Part shown: piece after piece, positions 40,421 through 50,493 of the stretch
How positions within the stretch are numbered: position 1 is the first letter of the stretch
Layout: each line of letters starts with the position of its first letter
From: Macrostomum lignano
Taxonomy: Eukaryota
Direction: 5' to 3'
DNA: 64,000 nt
NCBI GenBank assembly: GCA_002269645.1
Contig: NIVC01002955.1
Location: 62,001-126,000 of the forward strand
Program-made: the position numbers and the translations under genes
The notes under the pieces: model-generated
Told to the model about the DNA's origin: nothing
Seen by the model: the letters and a program-made list of their open reading frames with translations, nothing else
Database searches by the model: none

Positions 40421-41039
40421 AGTAGAAGGCATGAGGGGGCTTCTGGGACAAAATTTTTCACGTCCTCCATAATCCACCTAAATCCATCCATATTATCCCT
40501 GACAGAATCAGAAAAAAAGGGGGGTCGCACTCGCTCACAAAACCTCCTCCATAATCCCATTAAATCCATCCACATTATCCCTGACAGAATCAGAAAAAAA
40601 AGAGGGGCCGCACTCGCTCACAAAACCTCCTCCATAATCCCATTAAATCCATCCATATTATCCCTGACAGAATCAGAGCATTATCCCTGACAGAATCAGT
40701 GCATAACAGGTGTCCACTAACACCTGTTATGCTCACTGACACTGACATAATCCACTAACATCCACCCAGAAACAATCAGAAAAAAATCTGCATTCTTCTC
40801 CCCACATTCAATTCGCAACGTGCTACCACATCCCTAAGACTTTAAATCATCAGCGCAGGGTCCTCACCCTTTGAAAAAAATCTAAATTCTCAATAAAAAT
40901 GTTTCCAGTTGTCTCTCCAGGTTCTTATTACAAAACGCACGAGCCTAATTACAAGAGTAAGTACCGATGCAAACTTGAATGCAGCGAGTACATGAGAAAA
41001 TATTGGCCCGGCGTTGATATCAATGTCTCTAATATTAAT
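40421..41039 (+). repeat. Polinton left terminal inverted repeat
   Basis: Reverse complement of 54012-55253 once the MITE insertion is removed; contains 82-83-bp subrepeats and a 13-bp-stem hairpin. Confidence 0.9.
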
Positions 41040-41069
41040 ATTATATTTTTGCGCTCCCTCAGCAAATAG
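40899..41069 (+). CDS. 56-aa ORF starting inside the left TIR (paralogue of 53916-54152)
   Basis: MFPVVSPGSYYKTHEPNYKSKYRCKLECSEYMRKYWPGVDINVSNIN; AAAAATG start context; too short for the ORF track. Confidence 0.55.
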   Translation: MFPVVSPGSYYKTHEPNYKSKYRCKLECSEYMRKYWPGVDINVSNINIIFLRSLSK

Positions 41070-41132
41070 CAGTTACCCCACCCCTTTTCGAAATGCAGCT
41101 GTTGCGCTTGGCTGCGAATAATCTTTCCCGAC

Positions 41133-41612
41133 TCAAGCGCCTCTCTCAACCCCCAGCTCTTTCAACAGTCTTCCCAATTCATTGTTTGGAGCACACAAAA
41201 TAAACCCTGCTCCCGCGCGTCCGCCCTCTCTCCCTGTGCACCCACCCTCAGCGCCCATTCCTAATCCCAACTTTGCCTTACTAAAAATAACAGCTTTAAC
41301 TAGCTTCCGAGCAATCGACTCACGAAATCCGCTGGAAGCCCCTATATTGTCTAGTCTCCTAAGCATTTCTTTGTCCCAGCGATTCTTCTCCTCAGGAAAA
41401 TCTCTATATTTAACATCGTGCCACATGCAGACAGAGTCTAGCTCGTTCACAGGCTCATGCCCAGGATTTGGATTATCGTTTGTATCTAACTGTATTTCAA
41501 GTGGATTCAAAGGCCCGCAATATTTATAGCCGGGAAGTGTCCAGCCTTTGTTCGGATGAGGAAGCTTTTCTATCAGTCCATGTGAATCTAACTTACCACC
41601 AGAGCGCTGCAT
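41133..41612 (-). CDS. parvovirus-VP1-like phospholipase A2
   Basis: LPGYKYCGP calcium loop and LDSVCMWHDVKY catalytic HD. Confidence 0.88.
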   Translation of the reverse strand: MQRSGGKLDSHGLIEKLPHPNKGWTLPGYKYCGPLNPLEIQLDTNDNPNPGHEPVNELDSVCMWHDVKYRDFPEEKNRWDKEMLRRLDNIGASSGFRESIARKLVKAVIFSKAKLGLGMGAEGGCTGREGGRAGAGFILCAPNNELGRLLKELGVERGA

Positions 41613-41642
41613 TATTTTATTTAAAATTTTCTTTTTAAATAA

Positions 41643-42692
41643 ATGACAGATCAGAAACTTAAAAAACTCTACTACAGCGACAAAGGATTCTTTGTAGGAA
41701 AAAATGCAGTCACCAAACTCACAGAACTAAGTAAGGAACCAAAAGCTAAAGTAGAAAAGTGGCTCTCTAAGCAAGCAGTCTACCAAGTCTATTTCCCACC
41801 AGTAAAATTTGAAAGGCCCCATTTCAGTATTTATAAACCTAATGAAGCGCACCAAGCAGATCTTTTGTTTCTCCCCAATGACTCAGGCTACAAGTATGCT
41901 CTCACAGTAATAGACATTGCTTCCAGATATAAGGAAGCTCGCCCACTCAAGACGAAGAAGTCAGAGGTTGTTGCCAGCGCACTGCAAGATATTTATAAAA
42001 ACTCTCCGCTCACATACCCCCAAATCTTTATGACCGACCCGGGTAAGGAATTCATGGGTGTAGTGAAATCCCTTATGGAAAAGAAAAACACAGAGATTCG
42101 CTATGGCAGAACAAACTTGCACAGAGACCAGGCTTTTGTGGAAAGATTCAATCTAACTCTAGCCAAGAGGCTATTCACTAAGCAGACAGCTGAAGAGCTG
42201 AAACTAAAAAGTGGTCAGTACTATTCAAAATGGACAGACCGCCTCCCCACTGTTATAGAACAACTGAACAATGAAGTCACACGCATGACTGGATTGAAAC
42301 CATCCCATGCAATTAAACAAGACACTGTCGAACTTAAGGCATCTCATAGAACAGACAACAACACGACAACCCCACACAACACACACAACACAAAACACAC
42401 CTCTAACTACCCTAAGCTTCCAGGAGTTGAATCACCATACATACTGACAAACTCTGAGTTTCTACGCTTTTTATATCTACCTGGAGAGCTAGAGAAAGAC
42501 ACCAAAAGAAAAGCTACAGATCCATACTTCAGCCTTGATGTACATAAAATAGACAGACATTTTACCTCCGACTCCGGTGACTATTACTTTTTATCTCAGG
42601 CCTTTAACCCTAAATCCCCCACACGGTCATTCACTAGAGCTGAACTCCTAGTGATACCGCTGACACAGAAATTAATTAAAATATTAAAATAA
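41643..42692 (+). CDS. int: retroviral-type (rve) DDE integrase of the Polinton
   Basis: QADLL..YALTVIDIASRY..FMTDPGKEF..FVERFN; intact 349-aa ORF. Confidence 0.93.
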   Translation: MTDQKLKKLYYSDKGFFVGKNAVTKLTELSKEPKAKVEKWLSKQAVYQVYFPPVKFERPHFSIYKPNEAHQADLLFLPNDSGYKYALTVIDIASRYKEARPLKTKKSEVVASALQDIYKNSPLTYPQIFMTDPGKEFMGVVKSLMEKKNTEIRYGRTNLHRDQAFVERFNLTLAKRLFTKQTAEELKLKSGQYYSKWTDRLPTVIEQLNNEVTRMTGLKPSHAIKQDTVELKASHRTDNNTTTPHNTHNTKHTSNYPKLPGVESPYILTNSEFLRFLYLPGELEKDTKRKATDPYFSLDVHKIDRHFTSDSGDYYFLSQAFNPKSPTRSFTRAELLVIPLTQKLIKILK

Positions 42693-42695
42693 AAA

Positions 42696-43142
42696 ATGAC
42701 AAAGATTGAAACCAGAACCATCAATAAACTCAATAAAATCATTGAATCAAAGAAACCAGGTCTTATATCAATTAAAGGTGCCAAAGTAAAAGTCGATCCC
42801 GTGCAGCAAATAGTTCAGTGTAATGAGCAAAGACACAGCATCACAGATGAAAAGTCAGGAGGAATCCTACCATTAGCAGCTCTTATTCCGATCATTGCAG
42901 GCGCTGTAAGTGCCGCAGGTGGTGTAGCTGGAGGTGTAGCAACTGCTGTTAAAGCTGGGAATGATAGAGCCCACCAGCTGGAATTGCAAAAGATTGCAAG
43001 AGATAAAGGTATAACAATTAAGGCAGGAGAGGGCTGCCCGGATTTTGATGATTGTGAGCATGAAAATTCTGTAAGCAAGTCTGACATTGTCAAAGCAATC
43101 ATGACACTACACAATGCTGGGTTTACAATAATGCGGATGTGA
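42696..43142 (+). CDS. adenovirus pX-like putative virion core/membrane protein
   Basis: SGGILPLAALIPIIAGAVSAAGGVAGG resembles the adenovirus pX C-terminus (GGFLPALIPIIAAAIGA), recalled from memory. Confidence 0.6.
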   Translation: MTKIETRTINKLNKIIESKKPGLISIKGAKVKVDPVQQIVQCNEQRHSITDEKSGGILPLAALIPIIAGAVSAAGGVAGGVATAVKAGNDRAHQLELQKIARDKGITIKAGEGCPDFDDCEHENSVSKSDIVKAIMTLHNAGFTIMRM

Positions 43143-43265
43143 TGAGGTTTAAAACCTCACTTTATCCAGCTTCATAAACCTAAAGCTACTGATAGGATGT
43201 AGAAACAGTTCAACTTTTCTATCAGGGTGGTCACCCTCAAAATTTTTTTATATTTTAGAGAAAAA

Positions 43266-46200
43266 ATGCCCAAAGCCAATCCAGCAAAAGATTTAGTCAA
43301 CAAACATTTTTCAAAAGGCGTCTCATTTCAAGACAAAAGTAATTCACTAAGAGAAGCATGTAAACAAAAGTTTAACACCGACCCCGGTCACCTGGGAAGC
43401 TATGAAAAACAGTTGGAAATCATCAAACAATTAGAATCCAACCAGTATGCGCCTATACAAAATCCTGCAAAGGAACACCAAGAGAGGAGTCGCAACTTAG
43501 TTAACAAATACGAAACTCTCACTGGTGAAAAAGCAAAGTACCCACAAAATAAGCAGGAACAAGAGAAATTAGAGCAATTAATCCATTTAAAAGAGTCGGA
43601 GCTTGCCATTGAAGAGATTAATTTTGCACAGAGGAAGTTTACAGAACATTACATAGAGTACACAATCCCAATTAACGGCACCAACGGCACCACCGCAAAC
43701 ATCTACGACTATAAAGACAGCATCCAATCAGTTGTTGATCACACACTCAAAACACGCAAGACCTTTAAACTACAGATATCATTCAAGATTGCGTTTTATA
43801 TGCCTGCAAAACCCACTGAGCATCTCGAGTATTACATGACAACAAAGGCAAAGCCATTCACCCCTACAGACACACTGGATCCTTTCCTTCAAGATGTCAC
43901 TAAGAAAATTGAAGCGTTTACATCCAGAGGTTCCGGATGGGTCGTGGGAGGGATTCAAAGAGCGACTGTCATGGTCATGAAATATGACCCACTTAAAGCC
44001 TCCTCTTATATAGAGCTCCCACATAAGCTAGCCGGCAAAAAAGCTTGCATAAATGTTAAAAATAAAGACAATTGCTGTGCTCTATGGGCAGTTCTTTCTG
44101 CACTTTTTAGTGTCCCTCACCACCCCGAAAGAACCTCAAATTATCAAAATTATTTCAACTACTATCTCATCGAATGCGAAAAGAAGGGAATCAGGTTTGA
44201 CAAAGGAGGCTTGGCGATCTCTCAGATCCCAAAGCTAGAAGAAGTGTTTAATAACAAAATTAGAATCACAGTCTTTGAGTGGAGTGAAAAAACTGAGAAA
44301 GTTCAACCGGTCAGATGTAGCAAAGACGTTTTAGATCCGAGGGGAAAAGGCGGACTGAAGTGGATCTTCTAGTGATTGGTAATTTACTAGAGGAGGCTCA
44401 CTATGTTTGGATTAAAGATCTTTCAAGACTCATTCACAAGCAGTTGAATAATCATCACGAGGCTGTTGCCATCTGCCGCTTGTGCCTTAAGCATTACAGT
44501 GGACCTGAACGCTTTGAAAAACTAACAGAGCATGAATTATCATGCGAGGATCACCCGACAACTGCTCTCTTCCTTCAGCTGAAGAGAAGTATCTCCGGTT
44601 TAAGAACTATCACAAGATGGAGAAGCTCCCATTTGTTGTATATGCTGATTTCGAATGCTCAATCATGCCAGAAACTCAAAAACAAACTCAAACTCAAAAA
44701 CAAACTCAAACTCAAAACATGTCCCCAATTCAGTAGCATATGCCTTTATTAATACAAAAGGACTTGTTGAGTATAATTATTTCTTTGGAGAGCAGTGTGT
44801 GGAGCAGTTTATTACCAGAATGTTAGAGTTGCAAAGAATAATTAGCACCCTTCAACCTGTTCCAATAATGATGACTGAGGAGGATGAAAGCAATTTCCTA
44901 TCAGCAACTCATTGCCACATCTGCAGGAAACAGTTAACTTGCACTAATATTAAAAACCCCACCGTTAGGGACCACTGCCACTTTACTGGGAAATTTAGAG
45001 GTGCAGCGCATAACACCTGTAATCTAAAGCTAAAATCGAACATTCATGATCTAACGATATTTTGTCACAACGCAAAGAACTATGACATGCATTTAATAGT
45101 TGAAAAAATCGGCATGATTCCAGACATACACCTTGATTGCATCGCAGAGAACAAGGAGAAGTTTAAGTGTGTTGATATTAAACAGGATAATTCGGGTACA
45201 GGTAAAATAAGACTGAAGGATTCATATCAATTTCTAGCTGCCAGTCTAGACGAACTAAGCAAGAATCTAAAAGATGAACAATGTACATATACAAAGATAT
45301 TTGCAAGAACTGATGAATCATTTAAACTTTTAAGAAAGAAAGGCTTCTACCCCTATGAAAATATTACTGGGTATCACGTATTTGAAGAAGGTTTACCACC
45401 ACAGGAGAAGTTCTTTTCAAAGCTAACAGACTCTGGAATCTCTGACAAAGACTATGAGCACGCGAAGCATGTCTATAATTACTTTAATTGTCAAAACTTC
45501 TTCCAGTATCACCTGCTTTACCTCTACACAGATGTGTTTCTGCTGGCCGATGTGTTTGAAACCTTCAGATACACCTGGTACACAGCATATGGCCTCGATC
45601 CAGCACATTATGTGTCTCTGCCTGCCACTAGCTGGGAATCTTTGCTTAAAATGAAATGGGATCAAGATCCAGATTGGTACATTGAACTTCTTACAGACAT
45701 TGACATGTACAATTTTGTCGAATCGTCAAAGCGAGGGGGATCTCAATTTGCAACAGGTATGCAAAAGCAAACAATCCCTACATTGAATCTTACAATAAGG
45801 AGCAGCCCTCAAACTACATTACTTACTTGGACGCTAATAATCTCTACGGGTGGGCGATGAGTCAAGATCTTCCAGTTAGAGATTTTCGATGGCTACCCTC
45901 ATCAGAATTCAAATGGGACTTTTCATTGGCTGCCATTTATGAGGTTGATGTTTACATTCCACCAGAGCTTCACGACTATTTCTCTGACTTTCCACCCTTC
46001 CCAGAGAACATCAAGTGCCCGAAAATAATCGAAACTCCCAATGATAATAATGGAACTTGGCACCTGTCAGGAACAGAAAAAGAACATACAGAGAAACTAA
46101 CACAGAATCTAAACAACAAGACACGTTACAAAATCCATTACAAACTGCTTCAGTATTTTATCTCACTTGGTTGCAGGGTCACCAAAGTTCACAGGGCTCT

Positions 46201-47110
46201 TACATTTACAGAGGAAGCGTGGATGAAACCCTACATTGATAAGAACACCCAGTTTAGGACCAAAGCAACCAACGACTTTGACAAGAACCTCTTTAAGTTG
46301 GCCAACAACTCTGTCTATGGCAAGACTCTTGAGAATGAGCGGAAAAGAACAAACCTGAAACTTGTTACCTCATCAGAGCCTGCTGTTATTCAGGCAAATA
46401 TGTCAAAGCCAACATTCAAAGAACTCCATATCTTTAATAGCTACTTAGGTGTGATCATATTTTACAAAACCAAGGTGACGCTGCGCAAGCCGATCTATAC
46501 AGGTGTCACTGTTCTCGACGAATCAAAACGTCTGATGTACCAGTTCTTCTATGGCATGAAGCAGCAGTACAAGGATAAAATGAAACTCTTGTACACTGAC
46601 ACAGACAGTTTTATTATGGACATTCAAACAGAAGACATTTATCAGGACATGCTGCAGCAAAAAGATTTGTTTGACTTGTCTGAGTATGATGAATCTTTCA
46701 GGACACAGAATGGCGATCAAGTGTTTGACGCCACTAACAAGAAAGTGATTGGGAAAATGAAGGACGAGATTGCTGGTGACATAATCACTGAATTCATTGG
46801 GTTGAGAGCAAAGTCCTATTTTGTAAAATGTGAGTCGTCAGACCCAATTAAAAAATCAAAGGGAATTCCGAAACGTGTGGTTAGGAAGGAAATTAATGAA
46901 GCTGAATACAGAGACGCCTTGAATTGCAACAAAAAGACATCACATGAGTTCTCAAAGCTACAATCTAAAAACCATATTATTCACACAATTCAGCAAAAGA
47001 AGATTGGACTGTCAGGTGCAGATAACAAGAGATTCATTTTTGATGACAATATCAACAGTCTACCGTTCGGGCACTGGAGATTAGGTTTAGGAGGTGGAAG
47101 TTGGGTTTAG
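43266..47110 (+). CDS. polB: protein-primed family B DNA polymerase, split by four single-base frameshifts (about 44345, 44560, 44705, 45735)
   Basis: Exo motifs YADFE, HNAKNYDMH and YTDVFLL; EndoVII-like CHIC..VRDHCH..GAAHNTCN; Pol motifs DANNLYG, KLANNSVYG and YTDTDS. Confidence 0.92.
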
Positions 47111-47175
47111 GAGGTGGAGTTTAGGTTTAGGAGGTGGAGTTTAGGTTTAGGAGGTTGAGATTGGGTTTAGGTTTA
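47081..47175. repeat. 20-bp G-rich repeat containing TTTAGG units at the PolB/protease junction
   Basis: gtttaggaggtggagtttag repeated about 4 times. Confidence 0.8.
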
Positions 47176-47203
47176 AGAGAAAGTTTAATAAACCTCATAA
47201 AAA

Positions 47204-47655
47204 ATGACAACAAATAACTTTCTTGAAGATTTGGCTAACGAACTGGAAATCCCAAACTTTAGAGGAATATTTATGAGGGACACTCTGCCTGATTTTCCTC
47301 TAAGAAAAGAATGCGGCATCATGAACTTTGACACACTGATAAGCCAGGATCTCATTGGGTTTGCTGGGTGATTGATCCCGATCGCAAGCACAAGTGTTAT
47401 TACTTCGATAGCTATGGGACGGCAGTACCAGAAGAGCTAAGAAATTATATGAAGGGAAAAAATAATAAAAAAATTTATCGCTCAGACTTTATTCTCCAAG
47501 GTCTTAGCAGTGATATTTGCGGTGAGCTGTGCATGACTGTTTTGTATGCAATGACCAAAACACGAAAGACCTACAAGGAAATTATTCTACTGTGTTTCAT
47601 AGGGGTTCATTGTGCATTTCTCGTCGTCCTTCTTGCCGACTTTCTTTCCGCATAA
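47204..47655 (+). CDS. adenain-like cysteine protease with one frameshift at about 47345
   Basis: FRGIFMRDTLP; adding one C gives SPGSHWVCW; YYFDSYG; LQ..SDICGELC (His-Asp-Gln-Cys). Confidence 0.88.
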
Positions 47656-48251
47656 TGTTGAAGAACTTTCTCGAGTTCATTTCTCAGCTGACTCATGTCA
47701 TCAGTACCGACCATGTTCAAGTTCATTCGAATTGATTGTTCATAAAGATCCTGAATGGTTTTGAACTCATCCTCTGAAATGAACTTATCCTCGATTGCCC
47801 TTGAAATGTACCCTATGATTGAAGTGTGCACCCCTTTCTCTTTTACTTGCTTCTCCTGTAGCTGCTTTAGTTTTTTTCGCCTGTTTCGCGCTAATGCTCC
47901 AGTAATTGCTGAAATAAGTCCACACGCAGCACCCACAGAGCCGAGCGGAATTGCGATTGGGGCTGTGATGACTGGCAACGTTGAGACAGCTGCAGCAGAT
48001 CCAGATAGAACAGACACAGATCCTAGAATCATATTGCTGTAGTCGAAAAATTTACAGTGGCTGTCATAGCGTTTAATTTTCTTTGTGTTGTGGAAAATAT
48101 TTTTTTCAAGATCATCTCGCATTTTTTGAATCTCCACCAGTCGAAACTGTTGAGAGTTACATGAAATGACGGGGTAGAGTTTTTGTTGCTCATATTGAGG
48201 TGCATTCAGATTCGGTGCATTCAGGCTTTGTGTGTTCGAATTCGGTTCCAT
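47607..48251 (-). CDS. Polinton accessory protein with a central hydrophobic hairpin between coiled coils
   Basis: LYPV..FRLVEI, hydrophobic ILGSVSVLSGSAAAVSTLPVITAPIAIPLGSVGAACGLISAITGAL, then basic coil and ISRAIEDKFISEDEF. Confidence 0.7.
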   Translation of the reverse strand: MEPNSNTQSLNAPNLNAPQYEQQKLYPVISCNSQQFRLVEIQKMRDDLEKNIFHNTKKIKRYDSHCKFFDYSNMILGSVSVLSGSAAAVSTLPVITAPIAIPLGSVGAACGLISAITGALARNRRKKLKQLQEKQVKEKGVHTSIIGYISRAIEDKFISEDEFKTIQDLYEQSIRMNLNMVGTDDMSQLRNELEKVLQHYAERKSARRTTRNAQ

Positions 48252-48347
48252 TGGGTTTGGTGCTGTCGGTATTTTAGGTTCAGCGTATTGAGACTGATCG
48301 TATAGAGAATTTTGTTGGGTTATTTTTCCCTAGAAAAAATAAAAAAA

Positions 48348-49136
48348 TTACAAAACTATCCGGTTTGAAGATCTATTGTTTTGAAAAAAAGACCTGTTTT
48401 CTTTTGATTTGATTTGATTTTGATGAAATTCGATAATTTCATTAATAGACATGACCGGACGAGCAGTAGATTCTGCTTCATCAATAGCAATATCACGAAG
48501 ATTGAGTGTTCTCTCCAGACGATCAAGCCTCCTTATTATTTTACCCCAAGCGCTATACATTCCGTTTAGATAGCTACTGTGTGATACATCCTTTCTCTTT
48601 AATGCTTCAAGTCTTTCTTTGATTCGATCATGCAACGCTGTTGACTGAGTCATGAACTCTTCTAAATTCCTCACTTTACCTGTGTTGGTTGCGACGTTTT
48701 CTCTAATTCTATCATGCAACGCTGTTGACTGGTTCATGAACTCTTCTAAATTATTTACTTTAGCTGTGTTTGTGAAAACTCCTCCTTCAAGAATACGCAT
48801 CCGTCTATCAGTGGAATTTCCCAGAAGATTAACTGTCGATCTTAAGCCGTTGATTAGCGAGACTATCGAAGTTATTTCTGACCTTAGTTCATTAGTTGCG
48901 TTTAACAACGGCACATAAAGCTTATCACTTTCAAACTTCTGCCTAGCTACTTTAAGCCTGAGATCTTCCATGTTTATTTGCAACTGGTGCATGGAGCGCT
49001 CTAGGGCTTTCAGTCTGTTTTTATTCAGTTTGATCTCTGGGATCTCTTCATCAGTGTTAATGTAGCGCTTGTCAAGGAAGGAAGTTGTGAGAGTGCTGTT
49101 GCCTGTAGTTGACTCACCTGCAAAATTAATAGACAT
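48348..49136 (-). CDS. coiled-coil (fibre-like?) Polinton accessory protein
   Basis: AAAAAATG start, heptad pattern, tandem 28-aa repeat TNTAKVNNLEEFMNQSTALHDRIRENVA. Confidence 0.65.
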   Translation of the reverse strand: MSINFAGESTTGNSTLTTSFLDKRYINTDEEIPEIKLNKNRLKALERSMHQLQINMEDLRLKVARQKFESDKLYVPLLNATNELRSEITSIVSLINGLRSTVNLLGNSTDRRMRILEGGVFTNTAKVNNLEEFMNQSTALHDRIRENVATNTGKVRNLEEFMTQSTALHDRIKERLEALKRKDVSHSSYLNGMYSAWGKIIRRLDRLERTLNLRDIAIDEAESTARPVMSINEIIEFHQNQIKSKENRSFFQNNRSSNRIVL

Positions 49137-49152
49137 TTTTTTAAATGAAAAA

Positions 49153-49953
49153 TTAAAGTAAAATTCTTTTCTCCTTATTAATCATGACAAACTGATAGGG
49201 TTGGTTCCACTTTTCATAGCATATGTTAACAAATTCCTCCTGTGATATTGTTCTGTTAGAGTTCTTAGCTGGATATGTAATGTGAGCTGGGGCAATGACC
49301 TCATTATAAAATCGTTTCAGTCGATCCTGTGGTATGGTTGGGAAAAGGAGAATCAAATTACAGTTACCTCTAATTGTTTTATTTGGCAGTTCAAACCAGT
49401 TTTGGGCAATGTAAATAACATTGCAGTTATTGTGTCTACCCCGGGTGAAATAATTTTCTATCTGTTTCTGGGGACCGGTCATGCAGTCATCAAAGACAAT
49501 CAGGTGCTTTCTCCCCTTTTCTAGTTCATCAGGTTGAGGTAAGAGTTTAGTTTTAGGATCTATCTGTGGATCTCCATAAGTGAAAACTTTAATATTTTGC
49601 CATTTTTCATTGTCTGGGATGTGCTTTGCGTATTCAGTGGCTACAACTTCCGGGTTGCTGTTGAGGTCTTTTTGATGTCTAAAACATTGAATAATATCTT
49701 CCTTGTTGAGTTTGTTCTGTAGGCCCGCTACTAGCATTTTATACTCATCTTGATACAGAGTGGGTGAATAGATATGTAGTGTGTCATAATCGAGGAATCC
49801 AGGTCTGAGGAGCATGTTAAAAACTCTGAAGGTTTTCCCTGACCCAGATGAGCCAACAACAATGCATCGGAAGTGCCCTGGAATTATCTCGTTGTGAGCA
49901 AATTTTATCTGATTGCGTGTCCAGTGGGGATGAAAGTCGTTTGTGAAGTCCAT
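49153..49953 (-). CDS. A32/FtsK-like DNA packaging ATPase
   Basis: Walker A GSSGSGKT, Walker B LIVFDD, TRGRH..IYIAQ. Confidence 0.92.
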   Translation of the reverse strand: MDFTNDFHPHWTRNQIKFAHNEIIPGHFRCIVVGSSGSGKTFRVFNMLLRPGFLDYDTLHIYSPTLYQDEYKMLVAGLQNKLNKEDIIQCFRHQKDLNSNPEVVATEYAKHIPDNEKWQNIKVFTYGDPQIDPKTKLLPQPDELEKGRKHLIVFDDCMTGPQKQIENYFTRGRHNNCNVIYIAQNWFELPNKTIRGNCNLILLFPTIPQDRLKRFYNEVIAPAHITYPAKNSNRTISQEEFVNICYEKWNQPYQFVMINKEKRILL

Positions 49954-50108
49954 TTTTTATGTAAAAAAACTTTTTCTTTTTAAACTTGTGTATTTAAGAC
50001 GCGTGTGTCTTTTTTTCGGGATGTGTATGTGTGTGTCTTTTTTCGACTAGTCCTACATCCGACTAGTCCTACACCCTCACACCTCTTTTACCGTCAGGGT
50101 GCACCAAA

Positions 50109-50477
50109 TTAGTCAAATTTAAAACCGCCTCCTTTCTTATATTCAGCTCTCATCTTTGCGTAGATGGCTGGATCGACACTATCTGCACTCGGTGCAAGGG
50201 GTTGAATATCTTGTTTAGGTGTTACAGTATCTTTAATCTTTTTGGCTGCTGTGGCTACACTGCCAGCCGCTTCGGCAACGTTCTTGATGTTCTCTTTGTT
50301 CTCTCCAATGACCTTAAAAATCTTGGCCCCTTGAGCGATCAAATCAGCAAGGCCATTCCCAGAGCGTTCTTTTCTTGGATAGTGGCCTGCAGGGAAAAGT
50401 CCAGATCCGCGTTTAATGAGATTAAGTTCCTCTTTGTCGTAGTATTTGTCAATGTCTTTTTCGAAAATAATTGGCAT
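50109..50477 (-). CDS. small basic Polinton protein, putative core or pVI-like protein (122 aa from the AAAAAGATG start)
   Basis: GxG motifs followed by the amphipathic helix LADLIAQGAKIFKVIG; C-terminal KKGGGFKFD. Confidence 0.6.
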   Translation of the reverse strand: MPIIFEKDIDKYYDKEELNLIKRGSGLFPAGHYPRKERSGNGLADLIAQGAKIFKVIGENKENIKNVAEAAGSVATAAKKIKDTVTPKQDIQPLAPSADSVDPAIYAKMRAEYKKGGGFKFD

Positions 50478-50493
50478 CTTTTTAAATAGAAAT

